Positions 55,261-63,070 of a DNA stretch of 64,000 nucleotides are shown one piece after another. Position numbers and translations under genes: made by a program. The stretch comes from an uncultured Oscillospiraceae bacterium. GTDB taxonomy: Bacteria > Bacillota > Clostridia > Christensenellales > CAG-138. The stretch covers positions 1,205 to 65,204 of the forward strand of contig CAYZAW010000005.1 of the NCBI GenBank assembly GCA_964476505.1, given 5' to 3'. The notes beneath the pieces were generated by a model that saw only the letters and a list, made by a program, of their open reading frames with translations, did not search any database and was not told where the DNA came from. The first letter of the stretch is position 1; each line of letters starts with the position of its first letter.

Positions 55261-56150
55261 ATAAGGTGCTGCTTACTGGCGCGAACGGCTTTATTGGGCG
55301 GTATTGCGTGAACGCCTTTCTTGATGCCGGCTTTGATGTATATGCAGCATGCCATAGTGATATGGCCGGCTTGCCGCAAAACGCGCATTGTTTTCTATGG
55401 GATATTAAAAATACGCAGGAAGTCATTAAACTGATGTCCGCAATAAGGCCATCGCATCTTGTGCATTTGGCATGGTATGTTGAACCAGACACCTATGTAC
55501 ATGCGGATGAAAATATCGACTGGCTGCAATACAGTATGTTTTTAATAAAGGCATTTGTTCAATCTGGAGGCAAGCGGTTGGTAACGGTTGGCACGTGCTT
55601 TGAGTATGATTTGAATCATAGCGTGTTTCAGGAGAACAGCACGCCGTTAATGAGCAATTCTCTGTATGCCACAGCAAAAACTAGCCTGTTTCGGCTTTCT
55701 TCGGTCTATTGCCATAATCATGGTGTAGAATACGCTCATGCGCGGCCATTCTATCTGTTTGGCATCGGAGAAAACGAAAAACGCGTGATTCCGCATATTA
55801 TATCAAGCCTGCTGCAGAGGCAACAAGTACAGGTTTCGCATGGAGAACAAGTTCGGGATTATTTATATGTTGCAGATGTGGCATCTGCACTCGCGGCAGT
55901 TTCTGCTTCAGAGATATCAGGCGCTGTAAACATTGGATCCGGCATAGGAGTGCAGCTGAAGGAATTGTTTTTGATGATCGAACGAGCAACCGGTTGTACG
56001 GGGCTGGTGCAGTTGGGAGCAATCCCGACTAAGCCAAATGAAGCACCGGTAATTATAGCGGACAACAGACGCTTGCTGTGTGAAACAAACTGGCGGCAGA
56101 AGTACAGCTTGGAAGCCGGTCTTCAAGAGACGATAGCGGCTATGCAATGA
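55257..56150 (+). CDS. NAD(P)-dependent sugar epimerase/reductase (SDR family)
   Basis: ORF 55146..56150; ATG 55257 overlaps the preceding stop. It has a VLLTGANGFIGR Rossmann motif and a YATAK catalytic Y-x3-K. Confidence 0.8.
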   Translation: MNKVLLTGANGFIGRYCVNAFLDAGFDVYAACHSDMAGLPQNAHCFLWDIKNTQEVIKLMSAIRPSHLVHLAWYVEPDTYVHADENIDWLQYSMFLIKAFVQSGGKRLVTVGTCFEYDLNHSVFQENSTPLMSNSLYATAKTSLFRLSSVYCHNHGVEYAHARPFYLFGIGENEKRVIPHIISSLLQRQQVQVSHGEQVRDYLYVADVASALAAVSASEISGAVNIGSGIGVQLKELFLMIERATGCTGLVQLGAIPTKPNEAPVIIADNRRLLCETNWRQKYSLEAGLQETIAAMQ

Positions 56151-56205
56151 ATTGGCTGGCCAGGTTTGCTTATTAACTACTGAATATGATATAAGGAGAA
56201 TAATT

Positions 56206-56940
56206 ATGGATCAAAACACAGCGTTTAGAATGGAACGTACCGCTGCGGCAGAGCAAATGGCGCAGGACGAAAAGTTGAATGCGCTTTCACTCGAGTGGAT
56301 GCAGCGGGCAGAGAAACACAAGTATTGCTATAATTATACATGGATGGGCCGTCCGATCATCAAGTTTCCTAATGATATCGTATTGGCGCAAGAAATCATT
56401 TGGGAGGTAAAGCCCGATCTGATTATTGAAACCGGTATTGCCCATGGCGGTAGCATCATCTTTTCCGCTTCTATGCTGGAACTTTTAGGAGGAAACGGCG
56501 AAGTGGCGGCTGTGGACATTGACATTCGTTCTCATAATCGGAAGGCAATTGAGGAACATCCAATGGCAAAACGCATTAGGATGTGGGAAGGCTCCTCCAC
56601 GGATGAAAAAATCGCCAATGAGATTCGAGCGTTGGCGCATAGTAAGAAGAGCGTTATGGTTTTTTTGGATTCGCTACACACGCACGATCATGTTTTGCGC
56701 GAGATGGAGATTTACGGGCCAATGGTAACCGTAGGCTCCTTTATGGTGGTTATGGATACCTGCATTGAAGCATTTCCGGCAGGCACTTATCAGGACAGGC
56801 CTTGGGATGTAGGAAACAATCCGATGACTGCAGCGAAAGCCTATTTAAAGGATCATAACGAATTTATAGTGGATAATGATTGTTGTAATAAGCTTTGTAT
56901 TACGGAAGCTTTTAGCGGATATTTAAGGAAGGTTCGTTAA
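56206..56940 (+). CDS. CmcI / cephalosporin-hydroxylase-family methyltransferase (sugar O-methyltransferase-like)
   Basis: ORF 56152..56940; ATG 56206 follows AAGGAG. YNYTWMGRPIIKFPNDI...KPDLIIETGIAHGGS is typical of the CmcI family. Confidence 0.75.
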   Translation: MDQNTAFRMERTAAAEQMAQDEKLNALSLEWMQRAEKHKYCYNYTWMGRPIIKFPNDIVLAQEIIWEVKPDLIIETGIAHGGSIIFSASMLELLGGNGEVAAVDIDIRSHNRKAIEEHPMAKRIRMWEGSSTDEKIANEIRALAHSKKSVMVFLDSLHTHDHVLREMEIYGPMVTVGSFMVVMDTCIEAFPAGTYQDRPWDVGNNPMTAAKAYLKDHNEFIVDNDCCNKLCITEAFSGYLRKVR

Positions 56941-57039
56941 ATACGCACTCCCTATGGCGGCTTGCGTAAAAGCGGAGTGCCGGGAGAATGACATACCGTA
57001 TCTGGTTTAAGTGGATAAGTAGGAGTGGTTATTATCTTT

Positions 57040-57260
57040 GCAGCTTTCTAAAAGCAACGCCATGCAGCAGCACCGCAAGAAGGTCGTGGAACATCCCTTC
57101 GGAACTATCAAGTGGCATGACGTAGCATACTATTCTTTGCCGTGGTAAGGAAATGGTCAGTGCCGAAGCTCCACTGAGCTTCACGGCATATAATCTCCGG
57201 CGGGCAATCAATACGGTAGGCACAAAAGCGTTTTTACTGTATCTCTATGCCCAAAAACGG
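57040..57260 (+). pseudogene. Remnant of an IS (IS1182/IS5-like) transposase C-terminus, frameshifted
   Basis: One frame gives ...QQHRKKVVEHPFGTIKWHDVAYYSLPW*. After a 1-nt shift the sequence continues as (G)KEMVSAEAPLSFTAYNLRRAINTVGTKAFL. The VEHPFGxIK ... AYNLRRAIN pattern is the conserved C-terminal end of DDE transposases of this group. The roughly 400 upstream codons are missing. Confidence 0.6.
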
Positions 57261-57336
57261 AGCAAAACGAAAAAATGCGGAGCTGCAAATCTAAAAAGAT
57301 GGATAAATTGGAGTAGAGTTCTGAGCAGAAAAGTAC

Positions 57337-57363
57337 AGCGACGGCAAAACCGTCGCTCTTTTT
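57337..57363 (+). terminator. Intrinsic terminator
   Basis: AGCGACGG-CAAAA-CCGTCGCT followed by CTTTTT. Confidence 0.65.
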
Positions 57364-57416
57364 GATACAAAAATGTCGAGAAACTCCCTAATTTAGGAAG
57401 CTTCCGGACAGGGTGT

Positions 57417-57493
57417 GGTGGAGATAAGGGGACTCGAACCCCTGACTTCTGCATTGCGAACGCAGCGCTCTACCAAGGTGGTACGCATCCCCT
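57417..57493 (-). tRNA. tRNA-Ala(CGC)-like sequence with a defective D-arm (probable pseudo-tRNA)
   Basis: The 77-nt sequence is GGGGATG CGTACCACCTTGGTAGAGCG CTGCG TTCGCAA TGCAG AAGTC AGGGG TTCGAGT CCCCT TATCTCC A CCA. The acceptor stem pairs and includes G3:U70. The anticodon arm (CGC) and T-arm are canonical and CCA is encoded. Where GCTC should pair with GAGC in the D-stem, the sequence reads TACC(A). Confidence 0.5.
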
Positions 57494-57585
57494 GCCCTTT
57501 TTACTCCCCCAGATTTTTTCTGAGGGAGTTTCTTAATGCCAAGGCAACGTACTACACGCTCTTTATGTTGTGTTCCATTATTGCG

Positions 57586-57650
57586 TCTCCTTCGCCACCC
57601 GCTTCGCATTGGATCAAGCGCGCCAAAAGCTCTCTGTCTGAAAAGGGCAT
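57586..57650 (-). pseudogene. cwlJ: cwlJ/sleB-family cell-wall hydrolase, 5' segment (22 codons) of the split gene
   Basis: GAGGAG RBS, then ATG at 57650. The sequence MPFSDRELLARLIQCEAGGEGD matches the conserved N-terminal helix of SleB/CwlJ (LLAR.I..EA.GE). The frame then enters the element and ends after 10 unrelated codons (AIMEHNIKSV*) at 57552. Confidence 0.85.
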
Positions 57651-57667
57651 GCTGCTCCTCCTGCCTG

Positions 57668-58408
57668 CTACGCCGTGCGTACATACTGCCGCGCCGCATA
57701 GCCTGTTGTTCCGTTTGCGCGAACCACATACCAATTTCCCGTTCGCCCTAAAATTGTTAAAGCCGCGCCGTTAGGCAGCTGGGTCAATACAACAGAGTCC
57801 GTACTGGGGCGGCTGCGGATATTCAGCCCGCCGCCTGCTGTCGCCACCGTGCCGCGCTGGGGCGCCAGCGGCTCTACAAACGGAATCCCGAAATACTCCG
57901 TAAGCGACCTTGCGATGTTTCTGGCGATCTCCGGCAGATTGTTTACGATCCAGTTGGCATCCTGCGGATTGTCGTGATATGCAAGCTCAATAAACACCGC
58001 CGGCGCGCGTGTTTGCCGCACCTCCCCGATGCGGGTGGTGGAAAGGGTGCGTACCCGCTGGGGCAGCGGATATATCTGCTGCAAATTTCTTGCGATGATT
58101 CCCGCCGCTCGTTCCCCGCTCACGCTGTTAGGCGCATAGTAGATATCCGTGCCGCGCACCTGCCCGGAAAGCGCGTCCGGCGCAGCGTTGGAATGCAGCG
58201 CCAGATGCAGGTCGTAATTACCGCTGTTAGACGCGCGTATGGACGATACCGCCGTCATATCCTTGGTATTACGCGTATATTGAATCCCGCTGGCCACCAG
58301 ATACGGAATAAGTTCATCCGCAAGAAGATTCATATAATACTCTTCACTGCCGCCAATGGTATAGGGATTCCCTTCCTGTGTAGATGGGCTGAGGTAAATA
58401 ACCGGCAT
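57668..58408 (-). CDS. N-acetylmuramoyl-L-alanine amidase (Amidase_3) with a C-terminal SH3-like domain
   Basis: ORF 57668..58591; the start MPVIYLSPSTQ at 58408 follows GGAGGG. It has HLALHSNA and FIELAYHDN zinc/catalytic contexts, and a C-terminal LNIRSRPSTDS...GNWYVV SH3_3 pattern. It lies 17 nt upstream of the cwlJ 5' segment. Confidence 0.8.
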   Translation of the reverse strand: MPVIYLSPSTQEGNPYTIGGSEEYYMNLLADELIPYLVASGIQYTRNTKDMTAVSSIRASNSGNYDLHLALHSNAAPDALSGQVRGTDIYYAPNSVSGERAAGIIARNLQQIYPLPQRVRTLSTTRIGEVRQTRAPAVFIELAYHDNPQDANWIVNNLPEIARNIARSLTEYFGIPFVEPLAPQRGTVATAGGGLNIRSRPSTDSVVLTQLPNGAALTILGRTGNWYVVRANGTTGYAARQYVRTA

Positions 58409-58591
58409 TTTGATCCCTCCAATTCGCCTTTTCATTTCACTATATGCCGCAAGGCTTGTTTCTGCGAAACGATACCGAAGGCTCGCCTGCCAAACTGCGG
58501 GATTCTTAGCGCTCCTTCGGGATGCGCCGCGCATAGTTGCCGCATTGTTGGGAAAAAGTAAGGGCAACGTTAGTTTAGGAGGTTCGGTCAT

Positions 58592-59614
58592 ATGAACTTT
58601 ATCGACACCAATTCGTTTACCCGGCAGCAGCTTCTGGACATCGCCCAGCTTTCCATGACGCTCAAGCGCTGTATCAAAGCGGAGCTATACCCGCCCTTGT
58701 TGGAGAAAAAAAGCCTCGGCATGATATTTCAGCAATCCTCCACGCGCACTCGCGTCGCCTTTGAAACCGCCATGCACCAGTTGGGCGGGCACGCCCAGTA
58801 TCTGGCACCCGGGCAAATCCAGTTGGGCGGGCACGAAACCATTGAGGATACCGCCCGGGTGCTGTCCCGCATGGTGGATATCCTGATGGCGCGGGTGGAA
58901 CGCCACGAAAGCGTATATGCGCTGGCGGAAAACGCCACCATCCCCGTTATCAATGGCATGTCGGACTATAACCATCCCACGCAGGAGATGGGCGACCTTA
59001 TCACCATGCTGGAGCATTTGCCGGAAGGCAAACGGTTGGAGGACTGCAAGGTCACCTTTGTAGGCGACGCCACGCAGGTTTGTGCCTCGCTGTTGTTCAT
59101 CGCCACAAAAATGGGCATGCGCTTTGCGCAGTTTGGCCCCGAAGGCTACCAGCTTAAGGATTCCCACAGAAAGATCGCGGACGATAACTGCACGACCTCC
59201 GGCGGAAGCTTTTTGATCACGGATAACGCAGAAGAAGCGTTGGATGGCGCGGATTTTGTATATACAGACGTTTGGTACGGCTTGTACGAGGCAGAGCTTT
59301 CCGAGGAGGAACGGCACCGGATATTCATGCCGAAATATCAGGTTAGCGAAGCGCTGATGGGCCTTGCAGCACCTCACGCCAAATTCATGCACTGCCTGCC
59401 CGCTACCCGGGGCGAGGAGGTAACCAACGAGGTGATGGACGGCCCCGCCTCCATTATTTTCGATCAGGCAGAAAACCGCTTGACCGCCATGCGGGGCATT
59501 TTGGTTTACCTGCTGTATCAAAATAAAAAGCCGGAAAACAAGGACGCGCAGGCCGAGGAAATGCAAAAGCTGCAAGCACAGCTGGAGTCCTTATTCCCCA
59601 ACGCGCATATATAG
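58592..59614 (+). CDS. ptcA: Putrescine carbamoyltransferase
   Basis: It is near-colinear, by recollection, with Enterococcus faecalis PTCase ([60 protein letters not shown]; [12 protein letters not shown]). It sits within an agmatine deiminase operon. Confidence 0.9.
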   Translation: MNFIDTNSFTRQQLLDIAQLSMTLKRCIKAELYPPLLEKKSLGMIFQQSSTRTRVAFETAMHQLGGHAQYLAPGQIQLGGHETIEDTARVLSRMVDILMARVERHESVYALAENATIPVINGMSDYNHPTQEMGDLITMLEHLPEGKRLEDCKVTFVGDATQVCASLLFIATKMGMRFAQFGPEGYQLKDSHRKIADDNCTTSGGSFLITDNAEEALDGADFVYTDVWYGLYEAELSEEERHRIFMPKYQVSEALMGLAAPHAKFMHCLPATRGEEVTNEVMDGPASIIFDQAENRLTAMRGILVYLLYQNKKPENKDAQAEEMQKLQAQLESLFPNAHI

Positions 59615-59626
59615 TAACTGCCTGCT

Positions 59627-61003
59627 ATGGAAAAGAAACAGAAAAAATTCAAGCTGTTCGACGCGGTGCTGGCGGTCATCTGCATCGTGTTCGTTGCGGA
59701 GGCCGCCGCACCGGTTGCCGCCATCGGCAATTCCCAATACTTCTGGTGGCTGTTTCTCATCATTACTTTCCTTTTGCCCTACGGCTTGATCGCGGCGGAG
59801 CTTGGCACCGCTTATGACGACGAGGGCGGTCTGTACGATTGGGTAAAGCGCGCCTTTGGAGATCGCTGGGGGGCGCGGGTGTCTTGGTATTACTGGCTGA
59901 ACTTCCCCCTATGGATGGCGTCGCTGGCGGTCATGTTCCCGGAGATCATCGGCATTATCACGGGCAGTGAACTGGGCGTGTTCCCGTCGCTTATCATTGA
60001 GCTGGCGTTCATCTGGATCGTGGTAGCCATTAGCTTTTTCCATGTGAGCGAAAGCAAATGGATACTGAACCTCTCCGCGTTTATCAAGGTGGCGCTGGCG
60101 CTGACATTGGGAGGCTTGGGTATTTACACGGCAGCCACCCGCGGCGTTGCGAACCCGCATACGCTGGAGTCGCTTTTGCCCTCGCTGGATCTTAGGTCGC
60201 TCTCCTTCATCTCCGTGATCCTATTCAACTTTATGGGGTTTGAGGTGGTCACCTCCTTTGCGGAGGACATGCCCAATCCTAAGAAGCAGATTCCCTCCGC
60301 CATTATCGCGGGCGGTATCGCGATCGCGGCGATCTATATTTTCTCTGCGTTCGGTATCGGCGTTGCCATCCCCACGGAGGAGATCAGCACCTCCAGCGGT
60401 TTGATCGACAGCATGCAGCTGTTGTCCGGGCAGGAAAGCGGGCCGTTTATTACGATCGTGGCGCTGCTGTTTTTGATCACGCTGTTTGGCAACATGATCA
60501 GCTGGTCGTACGGTGTCAATTACGTTGCGTGGTATGCGGCAAAGAACAACGACATGCCAAAGTTCTTCCAGCGCTCCAGTAAAAAGGAAATGCCTGCGGG
60601 CGCGGCACTGATGAACGGCTTTGTGGCATCTGCACTGGTGATCGTTGCCCCGTTTTTACCCAGTCAAGACCTGTTCTGGAGCTTTTTTGCGCTGAACATC
60701 GTAAACCTACTTATGAGCTACCTGCCGGTGTTCCCCGCGTTTTTGCGTCTGCGCAAGCTGGATGCCGACCGGGAACGACCCTTTACGGTAAGCGGCGGCA
60801 AGGGCTTCATCAACCTGTTGGCATATGTGCCCATGGTGTTGTTAATTATTTCCATAATATTCCTGTGTGTTCCGTTCAGCTTCGATACGGAGGAGCTACA
60901 GGAAAAGCTGCCCCTGCTGTGCGGCGTTCTCATTTCCATACTGTTGGGTGAGCTGGTTGCATCCGCAGGCGAAAAACGAAAAATCAAAGAAAAAGTGAGG
61001 TAA
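59627..61003 (+). CDS. aguD: APC-family agmatine:putrescine antiporter
   Basis: A 458-aa, roughly 12-TM APC-type permease located between ptcA and aguA. Confidence 0.75.
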   Translation: MEKKQKKFKLFDAVLAVICIVFVAEAAAPVAAIGNSQYFWWLFLIITFLLPYGLIAAELGTAYDDEGGLYDWVKRAFGDRWGARVSWYYWLNFPLWMASLAVMFPEIIGIITGSELGVFPSLIIELAFIWIVVAISFFHVSESKWILNLSAFIKVALALTLGGLGIYTAATRGVANPHTLESLLPSLDLRSLSFISVILFNFMGFEVVTSFAEDMPNPKKQIPSAIIAGGIAIAAIYIFSAFGIGVAIPTEEISTSSGLIDSMQLLSGQESGPFITIVALLFLITLFGNMISWSYGVNYVAWYAAKNNDMPKFFQRSSKKEMPAGAALMNGFVASALVIVAPFLPSQDLFWSFFALNIVNLLMSYLPVFPAFLRLRKLDADRERPFTVSGGKGFINLLAYVPMVLLIISIIFLCVPFSFDTEELQEKLPLLCGVLISILLGELVASAGEKRKIKEKVR

Positions 61004-61007
61004 CAAT

Positions 61008-62141
61008 ATGAATCGATTGCTGACAACTCCCAAGCAGGACGGCTACCGTATGCCCGGAGAATTTGAGCCACACCAAGGCTGCTTTATTCTGTGGCCGGAG
61101 CGCACGGATAACTGGCGGTTAGGCGCAAAGCCCGCCCAGAAATCCTTTGTGGAGGTGGCGGAAGCCATTGCAAAATTCGAGCCGGTAACCGTTGGCGTTT
61201 CCGCTGCGCAGTATGACAACGCGCGGCACTGGCTGTCCCCGCAGATTCGCGTGCTGGAAATCTCCTATAACGATTCTTGGGTACGGGACTGCGGCCCGAC
61301 TTTTGTGACCAACGGCACCACGCTTCGGGGTGTGGACTGGCGTTTCAACGCTTGGGGCGGCCTGATGGACGGGCTGTACTTCCCTTGGGATATGGACGAT
61401 AAGGTGGCGGAAAAGCTTTGCGACCTAGAGCGGGTGGATTGTTACCATCTGGACGATTTTATACTGGAGGGCGGTTCCATTCATACCGACGGAGACGGTA
61501 CGGTATTCTCTACGGAGGAATGCCTTTTATCCGAAGGCCGCAACCCCGGCTTCTGCCGCCACCGCATTGAGGACATGCTGCGGGAATACTTGGGGGTGGA
61601 CTGCGTGATCTGGCTGCCCCGAGGCATTTACAATGACGAAACCAACGGCCATGTAGATAATATCATGCAGGTGGTGGAGCCGGGGCATGTGCTGTTGGCT
61701 TGGACGGACGACGAAAACGACCCCCAGCATGAGATTTGCCGGGAGGCGTATGATATTTTAAGCGCCGCGGTAGATGCCAAAGGCAGAAGCTTAGAAATCA
61801 CCAAGCTGTACCTGCCGGAAAACGTTTTGATCACCGAGGAGGAAAGCGGCGGCGTAGATGTGATAGAAGGAACGCTCCCCCGTATGCCCGGCGACCGGCT
61901 GGCTGCCTCTTATGCGAATTTCTATTTGGCGGGAAACGGTAAGAAAAAAGGCGTTGTGTATCCCATGTTCCACGACCCGCACGATGAAAAAGCGCGCGAA
62001 ACGCTGGAAAGCGTGTTTCCCGACAGAGAGGTGGTTGGCGTATACGCACGGGAGATACTGCTTGGCGGCGGCAATATCCACTGCATCACTCAGCAGATGC
62101 CGGCAGTTGCCGCGCCGGAGGAATGCACATGTCACGAGTGA
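61008..62141 (+). CDS. aguA: Agmatine deiminase
   Basis: PGEFEPH...[19 protein letters not shown] and the C-terminal [11 protein letters not shown] catalytic Cys motif. Confidence 0.9.
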   Translation: MNRLLTTPKQDGYRMPGEFEPHQGCFILWPERTDNWRLGAKPAQKSFVEVAEAIAKFEPVTVGVSAAQYDNARHWLSPQIRVLEISYNDSWVRDCGPTFVTNGTTLRGVDWRFNAWGGLMDGLYFPWDMDDKVAEKLCDLERVDCYHLDDFILEGGSIHTDGDGTVFSTEECLLSEGRNPGFCRHRIEDMLREYLGVDCVIWLPRGIYNDETNGHVDNIMQVVEPGHVLLAWTDDENDPQHEICREAYDILSAAVDAKGRSLEITKLYLPENVLITEEESGGVDVIEGTLPRMPGDRLAASYANFYLAGNGKKKGVVYPMFHDPHDEKARETLESVFPDREVVGVYAREILLGGGNIHCITQQMPAVAAPEECTCHE

Positions 62142-63061
62142 CCATTGCTCTTGGGGGAAACGCCTTGGGAGATACCCCCAAAGAGCAACAGGAGCGCCTG
62201 CGCCGCGCCGCGCCATCCTTTGCCTCGCTGGCGCGGCACGGGCATACGCTGCTTATTGCCCACGGAAACGGCCCGCAGGTAGGCATGCTGCAGCTTGCCT
62301 TTGACACCGCCTCCGCGCATACAGATCGCGTACCTGCCATGCCGCTTCCGGAATGCACCGCCATGAGCCAAGGCTACATCGGCTACCACATTCAAAACAG
62401 CCTGCATAACGCCTTTCGGGAAGCCGGGCTGGATACGCCCGTGGCCTCGATCATCACGCAGGTGGTGGTAGACCGCGCCGATCCCGCATTTCTGCATCCC
62501 ACCAAGCCCATCGGCAGTTTTTATATGGAGGCGGCTGCCGAGGCCATTATGCGGGAAAACCCGCAATGGACGTTTCGGGAGGACGCAGGGCGTGGCTGGC
62601 GGCGTGTGGTGCCGTCGCCGCTTCCGGTGAAGATCGCGGAAATCAAAAGCATCCGCCGCCTTTTAGATTGCGGCACCGCCGTGATCGCCTGCGGCGGCGG
62701 CGGTATTCCCGTTTGCCAGCAGGAAAACGCAACGTATCACGCGGTATCCGCCGTGATCGATAAGGATTTTGCGGCAGCCGCCATGGCGGAAGCCGTTCAT
62801 GCGGATCTGCTGGTGATATTGACTGCCGTGCCCCACGCATACCTGCATTACGGCACGCCCCAGCAGACAGCCATAGCAGGCATGAGCGTGGAGGAAGCCG
62901 AGCGGTATATAGGCGACGGCGCGTTTGCCGCCGGTTCCATGCTGCCGAAGGTGCAGGCCGCTGTGGCCTTTGCCAAAACCGGGCGGCGGGCGGTGATTGC
63001 CGCATTGGACGATGTGGAAGCTGCGCTTACCGGAAATGCCGGTACCATGATCTGTCCATAG
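62129..63061 (+). CDS. aguC: Carbamate kinase
   Basis: ORF 62123..63061; ATG 62129 is 6 nt after GGAGGA. Motifs [21 protein letters not shown] and CGGGGIPV are present. Confidence 0.9.
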   Translation: MSRVTIALGGNALGDTPKEQQERLRRAAPSFASLARHGHTLLIAHGNGPQVGMLQLAFDTASAHTDRVPAMPLPECTAMSQGYIGYHIQNSLHNAFREAGLDTPVASIITQVVVDRADPAFLHPTKPIGSFYMEAAAEAIMRENPQWTFREDAGRGWRRVVPSPLPVKIAEIKSIRRLLDCGTAVIACGGGGIPVCQQENATYHAVSAVIDKDFAAAAMAEAVHADLLVILTAVPHAYLHYGTPQQTAIAGMSVEEAERYIGDGAFAAGSMLPKVQAAVAFAKTGRRAVIAALDDVEAALTGNAGTMICP

Positions 63062-63070
63062 AGGTGTTGT

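Larger units (their letters stand above)
47633..57593. mobile_element. 9,961-bp integrated element inside cwlJ: a large-serine-recombinase-bearing intervening element with a CDP-sugar/glycosyltransferase cassette
   Basis: It is bounded by the near-identical cores TCCCCTTC (47625-47632) and TCTCCTTC (57586-57593). Terminal inverted repeats are CGCAATAA (47639-47646) and TTATTGCG (57578-57585). The recombinase gene ends 28 nt from the left junction. The element is visibly AT-richer than its flanks, and the host gene is restored in frame when it is removed. Confidence 0.85.

Noticed and set aside
47633-57593. Interpreting the insert as a prophage
   Set aside because: There are no capsid, portal, terminase, tail, holin or repressor-like ORFs. 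Apart from the recombinase and one small ORF, the content is sugar-biosynthesis genes and decayed IS and tRNA fragments. It is better described as a non-phage integrative or intervening element.
58685-59575. A 296-aa minus-strand ORF
   Set aside because: It is antisense to the highly recognisable putrescine carbamoyltransferase gene, so it is a shadow ORF.
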